Positions 32,360-42,781 of a stretch of DNA of 64,000 nucleotides are shown here, in pieces. Under the pieces are notes generated by a model, which made no database searches, was not told where the DNA came from, and saw only the letters and a program-made list of their open reading frames with translations. Position 1 is the first letter of the stretch. Each line of letters starts with the position of its first letter. Source of the DNA: Nitrospinales bacterium (GTDB lineage: Bacteria > Nitrospinota > Nitrospinia > Nitrospinales > VA-1); NCBI GenBank assembly GCA_965223345.1, contig CBDCWG010000001.1, positions 190,846 through 254,845 of the forward strand, written 5' to 3'. The position numbers and the translations under genes are program-made.

Positions 32360-32661
32360 TTTGAGAGGGAGAATCTGTGAAATACCGTAGAGAAGAATCT
32401 CTATACTTCCAGTATCGAATGAAACGGTGGTCTTCATCAATGCCCGGCCGCGCAAAATCGCAGCGCCGGGATGAGGACAGGGGCCCACCCCGCAGCGGGG
32501 TATTTCAAAACCTTCGTAAATAAAGCGTTTCAGGTCTCGGGTGGCGGGGCAGGGGGTCTGCACCCGGTGGCAAGGATTGCACGGATTGAAACAAGGGGGA
32601 ATCGAGGCGGACGAACGCAAGCGTCGCGCTCAGATATTCAGGAAGTGGCCGTTTTGCCCAA

Positions 32662-33669
32662 CTAGCCGCCGATGGCGTGCATCGCCCGGGTGGGCCGTTC
32701 GAAATCGTCCAGGTTGATCTTGTGGCCCGGTTCCTTGATGGCCACCGCGTCGCGGATCCGCTGCGTGATGTCCGCATCCGAAGCGCCGCTGCGGATCAAC
32801 TCCTTGAGATTGGTTTCCTGCGTCGAGAACAGGCAGGTGCGCAGTTTGCCGTCGGCGGTCATGCGGATGCGGTTGCAGTGATCGCAGAACGGGTTGCTGA
32901 CCGCGGTGATGATGCCGATCTTGCCCTTGCCGTCGGCGAATTTGAATTCGCTGGCCGGGCCGATCTCCAGCGAGTTTTCGATCGGGATCAACTCGTGCTT
33001 CTCGCGGATGAGATCGACGATCTCATGGCCGAACAGCACCTTGTCGCGTTCCCACACCTTGTCCGAGTCCAGCGGCATGAATTCGATGAACCGCACCTCG
33101 AAGCCGTCCGAGCGGCCCATGTCGATCAGGCGCAGGATTTCGCTTTCCGAGAAATTGCGCATCGCCACCGCGTTGATCTTGATCGATTCGTAGCCGGCGT
33201 CCGACGCCGCCTTGAGGCCCAGAAGCACCTGGTCGAGACAGTCGCGCCGGTTGACGTGCGCGAATTTTTCCGGGTCCAGCGCGTCGAGGCTGACGTTGAG
33301 CCGCTTGAGCCCCGCATCGTACAGGTCCTTCGCCTGATCCTTGAGGAAAAACGCGTTGGTGGTCATGGCGATGTCGTCGATCCCCTCGACGGCGGACAGC
33401 ATGCGGATCAGCACCGGCAGGTCCTTGCGCATGGTGGGCTCGCCGCCCGTCAGGCGCAGCCGGTTGATCCCCATCTTGGAGACGATCGTCGCGACGCGGG
33501 TCAGCTCCTCGAAGGTGAGCAGCTTGCTGCGGTCCATGAACTCCACATTGTCCGCGGGCATGCAGTAAGTACAGCGGAAATTACAACGATCGGTCACGGA
33601 GATGCGCAGGTTGACGATGGTGCGTCCCATGCCGTCCACGAGTTTCGGCCGGTCTGTATGTTGGGTCAT
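32662..33669 (-). CDS. moaA: GTP 3',8-cyclase MoaA
   Basis: CNFRCTYC, LTGGEP, FCDHCNRIR...CLF, C-terminal IGG. Confidence 0.97.
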   Translation of the reverse strand: MTQHTDRPKLVDGMGRTIVNLRISVTDRCNFRCTYCMPADNVEFMDRSKLLTFEELTRVATIVSKMGINRLRLTGGEPTMRKDLPVLIRMLSAVEGIDDIAMTTNAFFLKDQAKDLYDAGLKRLNVSLDALDPEKFAHVNRRDCLDQVLLGLKAASDAGYESIKINAVAMRNFSESEILRLIDMGRSDGFEVRFIEFMPLDSDKVWERDKVLFGHEIVDLIREKHELIPIENSLEIGPASEFKFADGKGKIGIITAVSNPFCDHCNRIRMTADGKLRTCLFSTQETNLKELIRSGASDADITQRIRDAVAIKEPGHKINLDDFERPTRAMHAIGG

Positions 33670-34079
33670 GGCGGAGTGCCCTTGTTTTAAAGCGTGAATT
33701 CAAACGTTCCCGCGCATTTTCCTTAGAATCGCCGCAAGCGTTTTGATTCCCGAAGGCGGAGAACTTTGTGTGGTTCGATTATAGCCCCTTCGCTTTCAAT
33801 CTGCACCCAATATAGGCTCATCGCTTCTTAAATCAAACCATTTTCGCAACACACAGCCCGCACAAGCCAACAGGTGCTTTCTCAGCGGTTTCCGGCTAAA
33901 CGCATGATATTCAATGCGAAACGCGATGTTCACACTGAGGATCAACAATTGCGGCAAACTTGCCCCTTCCGAACTGCGCGTTCAAAGCCGCAAAACCGGC
34001 AGGGAAGGGGGTGGTTTTGCGTGTGAGATTCTTGCAAAAGAATCGGATCTTTCGGACTTCCGGTGCATCTTAATGACTG

Positions 34080-34108
34080 TTGAGATAAACAGGCAGAATC
34101 CTTATACT
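34080..34108 (+). promoter_or_regulatory. Sigma70-type promoter of the suf operon
   Basis: TTGAGA-17-TATACT. Confidence 0.65.
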
Positions 34109-34189
34109 AAGGCGTGGAAAAACTTTCCATTATCCCTTTGAACCCATGCGGTGAAGGCGTGTCCTTCCCCCCTGACTCCCCCAATTCCG

Positions 34190-34948
34190 ATGTCGGTTCT
34201 GGAAGATAAATTCTCGAAAAAATTTGAAGAAGCCGCCTCGAAGCCCAAGAATCGGGGCGCCTATTATCAGGACGACGCCACCGAAAAGGGCATGGCCCTC
34301 GTGGAAGCCAAGCACAAAGACATGAAACTGTACTGGCTGGTCAATCCCGAGGACGACCGCATTTTCAGCGCCAAATTCTTCGCCTATGGCGGCAAAGTGT
34401 CTGTGGCCATTGTCGAAACGCTGTGCAACATGGTCAAGGGGCTGACTCTGGAAGAGGCCTGTTCGCTCCTGGGTTCGGATGTGGAAAACCAGCTGCGCGA
34501 CGCGCCGGACGAGCCGGCGGTGCCCGAATCGAAACAGGCCGCCTTCGGCGCGGTCGAGGCCCTGCTCAAGACCGTGCGCGAGCAGTACGAAAACGCCAAG
34601 GCGATGGCCGCGGCCACAACCGCCGCCAAAGCCGCCACCGAGAAGGACGGCCCGCCCAAACGCTCCACCGCCGAGCTTTCCATGGCGGAGCAGGCCTGGC
34701 TGGGGCTCAGTGAAGCGGAGCAGAAGGAGCAGATCAATCTGGTGCTCGACGACAAGGTGCGTCCGGCGCTGATGGCCGACGGCGGTAACATCGAGGTGTT
34801 GAGCGTCACCAATGGTGAAAAAGTGAGCGTCCAGTATCAGGGTGCCTGCGGAAGCTGCGGGTCCTCGCTCGGCGCGACGCTTTCATTCATAGAACAGACC
34901 CTGAGGCGGGAAATTTACAACGATCTCATGGTCGTGCCCAATATGTAG
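34190..34948 (+). CDS. NifU-like protein: degenerate IscU-type N-domain plus Nfu C-domain
   Basis: N-domain PKNRG...AKFFAYG...MVKGLT; C-domain VRPALMADGG...YQGACGSC. Confidence 0.85.
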   Translation: MSVLEDKFSKKFEEAASKPKNRGAYYQDDATEKGMALVEAKHKDMKLYWLVNPEDDRIFSAKFFAYGGKVSVAIVETLCNMVKGLTLEEACSLLGSDVENQLRDAPDEPAVPESKQAAFGAVEALLKTVREQYENAKAMAAATTAAKAATEKDGPPKRSTAELSMAEQAWLGLSEAEQKEQINLVLDDKVRPALMADGGNIEVLSVTNGEKVSVQYQGACGSCGSSLGATLSFIEQTLRREIYNDLMVVPNM

Positions 34949-34978
34949 CCACGGTTCCTTTTAAAGGAGTGTGAATAA

Positions 34979-36430
34979 ATGGCAGCCAAGGAAAATTCAG
35001 TCAACGAGGTTTTGGAAGACAAGACCTACAAATACGGATTCCAGACTCTCATCGAGTCGGAGACCTTCGCCAAGGGCCTCAACGAGGACGTGGTGCGGGC
35101 CATCTCCAAAAAGAAGAAAGAGCCCCAGTTCATGCTGGACTTTCGGCTCAAGGCCTACAGGAAATGGCTCACCATGAAAGAGCCGACCTGGCCCAACGTG
35201 CATTACCCGCCCATCGACTATCAGGACATTTCCTACTACTCGGCGCCCAAGCCGAAAAAGAAGCTGGAAAGCCTCGATGAAGTCGATCCCGAACTGCTGC
35301 GCACCTTCGAGAAACTCGGCATCCCGCTGGATGAGCAGAAAAAGCTCGCCAACGTGGCGGTCGATGCGGTGTTCGACAGCGTCAGCGTCGCCACCACGCA
35401 CAAGAAAAAGCTGATGGAGGTGGGCGTCATTTTTTGTCCCATCTCCGAGGCGATCCAGGAGTACCCGGAACTGGTGGAGGAATACATGGGATCCGTGGTC
35501 CCGGTGGGCGACAATTTTTACGCCGCGCTCAACAGCGCCGTGTTCACCGACGGCTCGTTCGTCTACATTCCGCCCGACACCGTCTGTCCGATGGAGCTGT
35601 CCACTTATTTCCGCATCAACACCGAGGAGACCGGGCAGTTCGAGCGCACGCTCATCATCTGCGCCGAGAACAGCTACGTGTCGTATCTGGAAGGCTGTAC
35701 CGCGCCGCAGTTCGACACCAACCAGCTGCACGCCGCGGTGGTCGAGCTGGTGACCATGGACAACGCCGAGATCAAGTACAGCACCGTGCAGAACTGGTAC
35801 GCCGGCGACAAGGAAACCGGCAAGGGCGGCATCTACAATTTCGTGACCAAGCGCGGCAAGTGCCAGGGCGAAAAATCCAAGATTTCCTGGACCCAGGTCG
35901 AGACCGGCTCCGCCATCACCTGGAAATACCCGAGCTGCATCCTGCAGGGCGACGACTCCGTCGGCGAGTTCTATTCTGTCGCGCTCACCAACGGCCACAT
36001 GCAGGCGGACACCGGCACGAAAATGATCCACATCGGCAAGAACACCCGTTCCAGCATCATCTCGAAGGGGATCTCCGCCGACCACTCCTCCAACAGCTAC
36101 CGCGGACAGGTGAAGGTCAACAAGAACGCCACCAACGCGCGCAACTACAGCCAGTGCGACAGCATGCTGGTGGGGGACCAGTGCAGCGCCCACACGTTTC
36201 CTTATATAGAATCCGGAAACAGTTCCGTGCAGATCGAGCACGAGGCGTCCACCTCCAAGATCAGCGAGGAACAGCTGTTCTATTTCGAACAGCGTGGCAT
36301 CTCCCGGGAAAACGCCATCACCGCTGTGATCAACGGTTTCTGCAAAGAGGTGTTCAAGCAGCTGCCGATGGAATTCGCCGTGGAAGCGCAGAAGCTGTTG
36401 ACCCTCAAACTCGAGGACAGCGTCGGTTAA
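34979..36430 (+). CDS. sufB: Fe-S assembly protein SufB
   Basis: [40 protein letters not shown]. Confidence 0.98.
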   Translation: MAAKENSVNEVLEDKTYKYGFQTLIESETFAKGLNEDVVRAISKKKKEPQFMLDFRLKAYRKWLTMKEPTWPNVHYPPIDYQDISYYSAPKPKKKLESLDEVDPELLRTFEKLGIPLDEQKKLANVAVDAVFDSVSVATTHKKKLMEVGVIFCPISEAIQEYPELVEEYMGSVVPVGDNFYAALNSAVFTDGSFVYIPPDTVCPMELSTYFRINTEETGQFERTLIICAENSYVSYLEGCTAPQFDTNQLHAAVVELVTMDNAEIKYSTVQNWYAGDKETGKGGIYNFVTKRGKCQGEKSKISWTQVETGSAITWKYPSCILQGDDSVGEFYSVALTNGHMQADTGTKMIHIGKNTRSSIISKGISADHSSNSYRGQVKVNKNATNARNYSQCDSMLVGDQCSAHTFPYIESGNSSVQIEHEASTSKISEEQLFYFEQRGISRENAITAVINGFCKEVFKQLPMEFAVEAQKLLTLKLEDSVG

Positions 36431-36495
36431 CGGCAAGGCGGCATTGCGGACGATTACAGAATTGACCATCCATATTCAACAGAGGAAACGTATCG

Positions 36496-37242
36496 ATGCT
36501 TGAGATCAAGGATCTGCATGCCGGTTTTGACGGCATTGAAATCATAAAGGGGGTCTCCCTCAAGATCAACAAAGGCGAGGTGCACGCCATCATGGGGCCC
36601 AACGGCTCCGGCAAGAGCACGCTCTCCAAGGTGCTGGCGGGCCACCCGTCCTATGAGGTGACGGCCGGCGAGCTGATTTTCGACGGCCAGGACCTGAAGG
36701 AGATGGACCCGGAGCAACGGGCACTGGCGGGAATCTTCATGGGCTTTCAGTATCCCGTCGAGATCCCCGGCGTCAACAACGCCGAGTTTTTGCGCATGGC
36801 GCACAACGCCCGGCTCGTCGCCGAGGGCAAGGAGGAGATCGATCCTCTGGATTTCGATGAAATTCTCAGCGAGAAGATGGGGATGCTCGGCATGGAGCAG
36901 AAATACAAGGACCGCAGCCTCAACGACGGTTTTTCCGGTGGCGAGAAAAAGAAAAACGAAATCTTGCAGATGGCGGTGATCAATCCCAAGCTCGCCATTC
37001 TCGATGAGACCGACTCCGGCCTCGACATCGATGCGCTGCGCGTCGTCGCCAGCGGGGTGAACAAGCTCCGGACCGCGGACAACGCCCTGATCCTCATCAC
37101 CCACTACCAGAGACTGCTCGAGTACATCCAGCCCGATTTCGTGCACGTGATCAGCCAGGGCAAGATCGTCAAGTCCGGCCAGAAGGAACTCGCTCTCGAG
37201 CTGGAGGCCCAGGGTTACGACTGGCTCGCCACCAAAGTTTGA
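36496..37242 (+). CDS. sufC: Fe-S assembly ATPase SufC
   Basis: GPNGSGKST, FQYPVEIPG, FSGGEKK, LDETDSGLD. Confidence 0.98.
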   Translation: MLEIKDLHAGFDGIEIIKGVSLKINKGEVHAIMGPNGSGKSTLSKVLAGHPSYEVTAGELIFDGQDLKEMDPEQRALAGIFMGFQYPVEIPGVNNAEFLRMAHNARLVAEGKEEIDPLDFDEILSEKMGMLGMEQKYKDRSLNDGFSGGEKKKNEILQMAVINPKLAILDETDSGLDIDALRVVASGVNKLRTADNALILITHYQRLLEYIQPDFVHVISQGKIVKSGQKELALELEAQGYDWLATKV

Positions 37243-37251
37243 GGAGACGCC

Positions 37252-38562
37252 ATGACGACCGCCGCCACCGAAGACACCGCCGAATCGATCCTGATCCGGC
37301 GTCACCAGCAGTTTTTAAGCGAGAACGAGGCGTCCGACGCCCTCGCGCCGTTCCAACGCGCCGCCATCGGCCGCTTCGAGACCCTCGGGTTCCCCGGCCG
37401 CAAGCACGAGATGTATACCTTCGTCAACACGAAGGAACTTGTGGCCACGCCCTTTGCCGCTCCCGATCAAACTTCCGTACCCGAAGAGCGCATCCAATCC
37501 AGCGTGTATCCCGGCTGCGAGAAGAGCCATCTCGTTTTCGTGGACGGCGTCCTGCGCGGCGATCTTTCCGATCTGACCGACCTCGGGGATGTGCTCGCGA
37601 TCAAGACGCTCGCCGAAGCGGTGTCCGATCCTGAGATCAAGCAGCACCTGACAGAAACCATCGAAAACGAAAACGACGTCTTCGCCTCCATCAACAGCGC
37701 CTTCATGAACAGCGGTTCCCTGCTGGAGATTCCGCAAAAGACGAAGATCCCGACGCCGCTGCAGATTCTCTACGTGTCTACCGGGGGAAACTCGCAAAAC
37801 GTCACCAGCCATCCCAGGGTGCTTCTCAAACTGGGCTGCCAGTCCGAACTGGATCTGATCGTCCGCTACGTGGGTGTGGACGGCGGTTATTTCGTCAACG
37901 CGGTGCAGGACATCTTCGTCGCCGAGGATGCGGGCATCCGCTACACGCAGGTGCAGCAGGACGATACAGATTCCTGGCATTGTTCCAAGACCCGCATCCG
38001 GCTTGCGCGCAACAGCCGCTTGCACGCGGCCAACGCGTCGTATGGAAACCGGCTGACCCGCCAGCACCTGGAAGCGCATCTCACCGAACCCGGCTCGGAA
38101 TTGCGGTGGAACGCCGTCAGCGTTTTGACCGATGAAGAGCAGGTGCACCACTTCGTGCGCATCCACCACGAGTCGCCGCACGGGGTCAGCCACCAGCATT
38201 TCAAGAACATCGTCAACGACAAGAGCCGCTCCAGCGTGGACGGCACCGTCGTGGTGGACCCGGGAGCGCAGCTCACCAGCTCCGACCAGCTGATCAACAA
38301 CCTCATGCTTTCGGACACCTCGCACGCCGACAACAAACCGAACCTGATGATCTTCGCCGACGATGTGAAGTGCACACACGGCGCCACCATCGGCCAGATC
38401 GACGAGGAACAGCTTTTCTACCTGAAGACGCGCGGACTTTCACAGAAGACCGCGAAAGAGCTTTTGACCAAAAGTTTCGCCGAGAGCATCATCGAGACCG
38501 TCGAATTTCCCGGAGTGCGAACGGATCTCGAAAACACCTTACTCAAGAAACTGGAGAACTGA
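37252..38562 (+). CDS. sufD: Fe-S assembly protein SufD
   Basis: IFADDVKCTHGAT, LFYLKTRG; operon position. Confidence 0.95.
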   Translation: MTTAATEDTAESILIRRHQQFLSENEASDALAPFQRAAIGRFETLGFPGRKHEMYTFVNTKELVATPFAAPDQTSVPEERIQSSVYPGCEKSHLVFVDGVLRGDLSDLTDLGDVLAIKTLAEAVSDPEIKQHLTETIENENDVFASINSAFMNSGSLLEIPQKTKIPTPLQILYVSTGGNSQNVTSHPRVLLKLGCQSELDLIVRYVGVDGGYFVNAVQDIFVAEDAGIRYTQVQQDDTDSWHCSKTRIRLARNSRLHAANASYGNRLTRQHLEAHLTEPGSELRWNAVSVLTDEEQVHHFVRIHHESPHGVSHQHFKNIVNDKSRSSVDGTVVVDPGAQLTSSDQLINNLMLSDTSHADNKPNLMIFADDVKCTHGATIGQIDEEQLFYLKTRGLSQKTAKELLTKSFAESIIETVEFPGVRTDLENTLLKKLEN

Positions 38563-38563
38563 A

Positions 38564-39817
38564 ATGCCGGACCCAGACACCGCCCTGGCTGAAAAAACCA
38601 CGCTCGACGTGGACAAGATCCGCCAGGAGTTTCCCATACTGTCGCAAACGGTGAACGGCAAGCCGCTGATCTATCTCGATAACGGCGCCACCACCCAGAA
38701 ACCCCGCTCGGTGATCGAGCGCGTGCGCAAATTCGACGCCGAGGAATACGGCACCGTGCGCCGGGGCGCGTACAAACTCAGCGAGCGTGCCACCCAGTTG
38801 TATGAAGAAGCGCGCCAGAAAGTGGCGGACCTGTTCCACACGCCCGACCGCAAGGAGATCGTGTTCACCAGCGGCACCACGCAGTCGATCAATCTCGTCG
38901 CGCACAGTTTCGGCAAGCGGTTCATCAAAGAGGGCGACGAGATCATCATCTCCAACATCGAACACCACGCCAACACCGTGCCCTGGCAGGTGCTGTGCGA
39001 AGAGCGCGGCGCGCGCCTCAAGGTGATTCCGGTGGACGACCGCGGCGAGCTGATCCTGGAGGAATACGAGCGGCTGCTCAACGAAAAGACCCGCATGGTC
39101 GCGGTGAACCACGTGTCGAACGCGCTCGGCACCATCAATCCCGTCAAGAAGGTCACCGATCTGGCGCACGCCGCCGGCGCGAAAGTGCTGATCGACGGCG
39201 CCCAGAGCACGCCGCACATGAAGATCGACGTGCAGGACATCGGCTGCGATTTTTATACCTTCTCCGGCCACAAGATGTACGCCCCCAGCGGCATCGGCGG
39301 CGTGTACGGCAAAATGGAACTGTGGGAAACCATGGGGCCCTACGTGACCGGCGGCGACATGATCATGCAGGTGACGCTGGAAAAGACCACCTACGCGAAA
39401 CCGCCGGCGCGTTTCGAAGCCGGGACGCCGCCCATCTCGCAGGTGATCGGCCTGGGCGCCGCCATCGATTTCATCACCGAAATCGGTCTGGATAACATCT
39501 TCGAGTACGAAAAAAGCCTGCTCGATCACGGCACCAAGCTGCTCAAGGAGATCGACGGGCTGAGGATCATCGGCGACGCCAGGGAAAAAGCCGCGCTCAT
39601 CTCGTTTGTGCTCGATGCGGCGCACCCGCACGATGTGGGAACGCTGCTCGACCAGGACGGCATCGCCGTGCGCGGCGGCCACCATTGCGCCCAGCCGACC
39701 ATGATCCGTTTCGGCGTTCCCGCCACCACCCGCGCCTCCATGGCTTTCTACAACAAGCCGGAGGAGCTGGATGCGCTGGCCGAGAGCGTCCGCAAAGTGA
39801 TCAAGCTGTTTTCCTGA
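38564..39817 (+). CDS. sufS: Cysteine desulfurase SufS
   Basis: YLDNGATTQKP, SGHKM (PLP Lys), RGGHHCA. Confidence 0.97.
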   Translation: MPDPDTALAEKTTLDVDKIRQEFPILSQTVNGKPLIYLDNGATTQKPRSVIERVRKFDAEEYGTVRRGAYKLSERATQLYEEARQKVADLFHTPDRKEIVFTSGTTQSINLVAHSFGKRFIKEGDEIIISNIEHHANTVPWQVLCEERGARLKVIPVDDRGELILEEYERLLNEKTRMVAVNHVSNALGTINPVKKVTDLAHAAGAKVLIDGAQSTPHMKIDVQDIGCDFYTFSGHKMYAPSGIGGVYGKMELWETMGPYVTGGDMIMQVTLEKTTYAKPPARFEAGTPPISQVIGLGAAIDFITEIGLDNIFEYEKSLLDHGTKLLKEIDGLRIIGDAREKAALISFVLDAAHPHDVGTLLDQDGIAVRGGHHCAQPTMIRFGVPATTRASMAFYNKPEELDALAESVRKVIKLFS

Positions 39818-39903
39818 CTCCTCCCCGGAGGGGGGATGCGTGCGGCTGCACGAGTGAGTGGGCGACGATTTTTTGAGACGGTTTATTGAAAGGTGAGTTT
39901 GCG

Positions 39904-40362
39904 ATGTCTTACGACAACGAGCTGTATCAGCAGGTGATTCTGGACCACAACCGCAATCCCCGGAATTTCCGCGAAATCAAAAACGCCACGCACCACTGTC
40001 ACGGCATCAACCCGTTGTGCGGCGACGACATCCACGTGTATCTGGACGTCGATCCCGAAAGTGATGAGATCAAGGACATCAGTTTCGTCGGCAGCGGCTG
40101 CGCCATCTCCAAAGCCAGCACCTCGCTCATGACCGCGTTTCTCAAAGGCAAAAAGGTGGACGAGGCGCGCGTCGTGTTCGGCGAGTTTCACAAAATGGTG
40201 CTCGGCGAACTGGAGCCGGACAAAGAAGAAAACCACCTCGGAAAACTGAAACTGTTCGTCGGCATCCGCGAATATCCCTCGCGCACCAAATGCGCTTCTC
40301 TGGCTTGGCACACGATGGTCGGCGCGCTGGACAAAAAGACCGAGGGCATCAGCACCGAGTGA
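39904..40362 (+). CDS. sufU: Sulfur-transfer protein SufU
   Basis: LYQQVILDH, NPLCGD, GCAISKAS, RTKCA. Confidence 0.95.
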   Translation: MSYDNELYQQVILDHNRNPRNFREIKNATHHCHGINPLCGDDIHVYLDVDPESDEIKDISFVGSGCAISKASTSLMTAFLKGKKVDEARVVFGEFHKMVLGELEPDKEENHLGKLKLFVGIREYPSRTKCASLAWHTMVGALDKKTEGISTE

Positions 40363-40444
40363 CCGGCCCGCACACGGGCCGCGCCATACCGTAACCTCTC
40401 TCGCACGCTTTCATCCCCCTCTAAAAGCAACCCCGTTGCACCGC

Positions 40445-40473
40445 TTCAAACCGCGCCCGAAAGGGTGTATGAT
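40445..40473 (+). promoter_or_regulatory. Promoter predicting a leaderless amrS transcript
   Basis: TTCAAA-17-TATGAT, 6 nt before ATG 40480; no SD. Confidence 0.55.
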
Positions 40474-40479
40474 TGTTGT

Positions 40480-41535
40480 ATGAGCGCCACGAAAAACCTG
40501 CAAACCGAACTGGACCGGGCGACCCGGCCCGGTGAGCTGTTCAGGCGGATTTCCGAGTCGGAACTCGTCTGCACCGCCTGCGGTCATCTGTGCAAACTCA
40601 AACCCGGGCAGCGCGGCGTCTGCAAAGTGCGCTACAACGAGGGCGGTACGCTGCGCGTGCCGTTTCACTACGCCGCCGGCGTGCAGAACGATCCCATCGA
40701 AAAAAAACCGTTCTTCCACGCGCTGCCGGCAAGCCGCGCCCTCAGTTTCGGCATGCTCGGCTGCGATTTCCGCTGTGCGTACTGCCAGAACTGGTTCACC
40801 TCGCAGACCCTGCGCGATGATGCGGCGACGCTGAACTTCGAGAGCATCACCGCAGGCGAGCTGTGCGACCTCGCCGAGCGCGAAGGATCGAAGACCCTCG
40901 TTTCCACCTACAACGAGCCGTTGATCACCAGCGAATGGGCGGTGGAGGTGTTTCAGGAAGCGAAGCGGCGCGGCCTCAAGACCGCCTACGTGTCCAACGG
41001 CCACGGCACGCCGGAGGTGCTGGAATACATCCGGCCCTGGGTGGATTTTTACAAGATCGACCTCAAATGCTTTTCCGCGCCGAATTACCGGAGGTTGGGA
41101 GGCAACCTGTCCGCGGTGCTGGACACCATCCGCACCGTCCACGCGATGGGCATGTGGCTGGAGATCGTGACGCTGGTGATTCCCGCTTACAACGACTCCG
41201 ATGCCGAACTGGCCGAAATCGCCGAATTCATCGCTTCGGTTTCCAAAGACATCCCCTGGCATGTGACGGCCTTTCACCCCGACTACAAGATGACCGACCG
41301 CGGCCGCACCCCGGCCGAGACCCTGTTGCGGGCGCAGGAGATGGGAAAGCAGGCGGGGTTGCAGTTCGTCTATCTGGGCAATCTTCCCGGCCAGCTCGAA
41401 GGCAGTGAGGACACCCGCTGCCCCGGTTGCGGCGACACGCTCATCGCGCGCCGCGGATTTCACGTGCTCGCCGATCGCTTGCGGCAGGGGGCCTGTCCCG
41501 CCTGCGGCGAAGCCATCCCCGGCCGCTGGCTGTGA
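40480..41535 (+). CDS. amrS: AmmeMemoRadiSAM system radical SAM enzyme
   Basis: CTACGHLC, DPIEKKP, CDFRCAYCQNW, TYNEP, C-terminal CPGC...CPAC. Confidence 0.92.
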   Translation: MSATKNLQTELDRATRPGELFRRISESELVCTACGHLCKLKPGQRGVCKVRYNEGGTLRVPFHYAAGVQNDPIEKKPFFHALPASRALSFGMLGCDFRCAYCQNWFTSQTLRDDAATLNFESITAGELCDLAEREGSKTLVSTYNEPLITSEWAVEVFQEAKRRGLKTAYVSNGHGTPEVLEYIRPWVDFYKIDLKCFSAPNYRRLGGNLSAVLDTIRTVHAMGMWLEIVTLVIPAYNDSDAELAEIAEFIASVSKDIPWHVTAFHPDYKMTDRGRTPAETLLRAQEMGKQAGLQFVYLGNLPGQLEGSEDTRCPGCGDTLIARRGFHVLADRLRQGACPACGEAIPGRWL

Positions 41536-41551
41536 AATGCCAGGGAGGCCA

Positions 41552-42226
41552 ATGAAGCGCATTCACCCGATGGGTTGCCGGTTTGTTTGCGCGTGGCTGT
41601 TGGCGTTTTCCGTCGTGCTGGGTTCGGCAGCCGTCATCCAGGCCGCGGCCGCAAAAAACAAGCCGCCGCAGGCAGCCGGTGAAAAAGCCGCCGCCGTCGA
41701 GGGGTTCCGTTCGGCGCGCTTCGGCATGAGCGAAAAGCAGGTCTACAAATCCATCTACAAGGATTTCAAGGTCACCAAAAAGAACGTCGTGCGGCACCGC
41801 CATCCTCTGGAAAAAACCCTGAGCCTCGAAATCGCGGTGCAGGATCTGTTGCCGGATTCCGGCCCCGCGCGCGTGTTCTACGTGTTCGGCTACCGCTCGA
41901 ACCGGCTGATTCAGGTGAACATTCTGTGGGGAAAATCGGCAGGTGCGGTGGCCGAGCCGAAAAGGATCGTGGACACCGCCAATCAACTGAGAAATTATTT
42001 TTCGCAGCAGGGATTTCCGAAAAAGCACCAGGTGGCCAACACGCCCGCGCGGGAAGGGCTGATCATCGTGTTCCGCGCGCGCGACCGGGCGGGCCGCATG
42101 GTGCTGCTGCTGATGACGAACCCCCCGAAGCAGAAGTCCGGGGCCGCGCCGCTTTCCCTCAAGCTGTCCTACATCCAGAAACCGGAACAGCCGGATGTCT
42201 TTCAAATCAGGAAAGGCCAGTTTTGA
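41552..42226 (+). CDS. Secreted hypothetical protein
   Basis: Signal peptide, EGFRSARFGM motif; GGAGG SD. Confidence 0.7.
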   Translation: MKRIHPMGCRFVCAWLLAFSVVLGSAAVIQAAAAKNKPPQAAGEKAAAVEGFRSARFGMSEKQVYKSIYKDFKVTKKNVVRHRHPLEKTLSLEIAVQDLLPDSGPARVFYVFGYRSNRLIQVNILWGKSAGAVAEPKRIVDTANQLRNYFSQQGFPKKHQVANTPAREGLIIVFRARDRAGRMVLLLMTNPPKQKSGAAPLSLKLSYIQKPEQPDVFQIRKGQF

Positions 42227-42246
42227 GCGCCGGCCGCCGTTTTCGG

Positions 42247-42275
42247 TTGCCAGCGCCCGATGGGCATATTAGAAT
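42247..42275 (+). promoter_or_regulatory. Promoter of flavin reductase gene
   Basis: TTGCCA-17-TAGAAT. Confidence 0.6.
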
Positions 42276-42310
42276 TTTGCATCCCGAATCACACACGACA
42301 GGAGCCAACC

Positions 42311-42781
42311 TTGAAGAACAAAACAGAAGTCGGCAAAGCCCTGGGCCGCGTTCCCAGCGGATTGTTCGTCGTCACTGCGAAATGCGACGACCGTGAGGAC
42401 GCGGTCCTCGCAAGCTGGGTCAACCAGAGCTCGTTCGACCCTCCCACCGTATCCATTGCACTGGCGACGCTGCGTCCCGCGCGCCTGCTGGTGGAGGCCT
42501 CGAATGCATTCATCATCAATGTGCTGGGGAAAGATTCCAACGGCCTGCTGAAGCATTTCAGCAAACCGCCCCAGGACGATCTGTTCAAGGGCCTGAAGAC
42601 CGTGAAAGGATATCAGGGCATCCGCGTTTTGAAGGATGCGGTCTCCTGCCTGGAATGCAAGCTGACCGGCTCCATGCCCGCAGGCGATCACGTGCTTTAC
42701 GTCGGGGAAATCGTGGGGGGCAAGGTGCTCAAGGGGGGCGATCCCTACATCCACGTTCGCACGAACGGGTTCAACTACTAA
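42311..42781 (+). CDS. Flavin reductase family protein
   Basis: ALGRVPSGLFVVT, ASWVNQSSFDPP, AGDH; TTG start with AGGAG SD. Confidence 0.9.
   Translation: MKNKTEVGKALGRVPSGLFVVTAKCDDREDAVLASWVNQSSFDPPTVSIALATLRPARLLVEASNAFIINVLGKDSNGLLKHFSKPPQDDLFKGLKTVKGYQGIRVLKDAVSCLECKLTGSMPAGDHVLYVGEIVGGKVLKGGDPYIHVRTNGFNY

Noticed and set aside
31439-32620. N-terminal extensions of LarE, MraZ, Tpx, YfcE and the sensor kinase in the ORF track
   Set aside because: Extensions run through promoters or terminators; homology and SD sites support downstream starts
33670-34080. Moco riboswitch upstream of moaA
   Set aside because: Could not recognise the consensus structure by eye; an Rfam covariance search would be decisive
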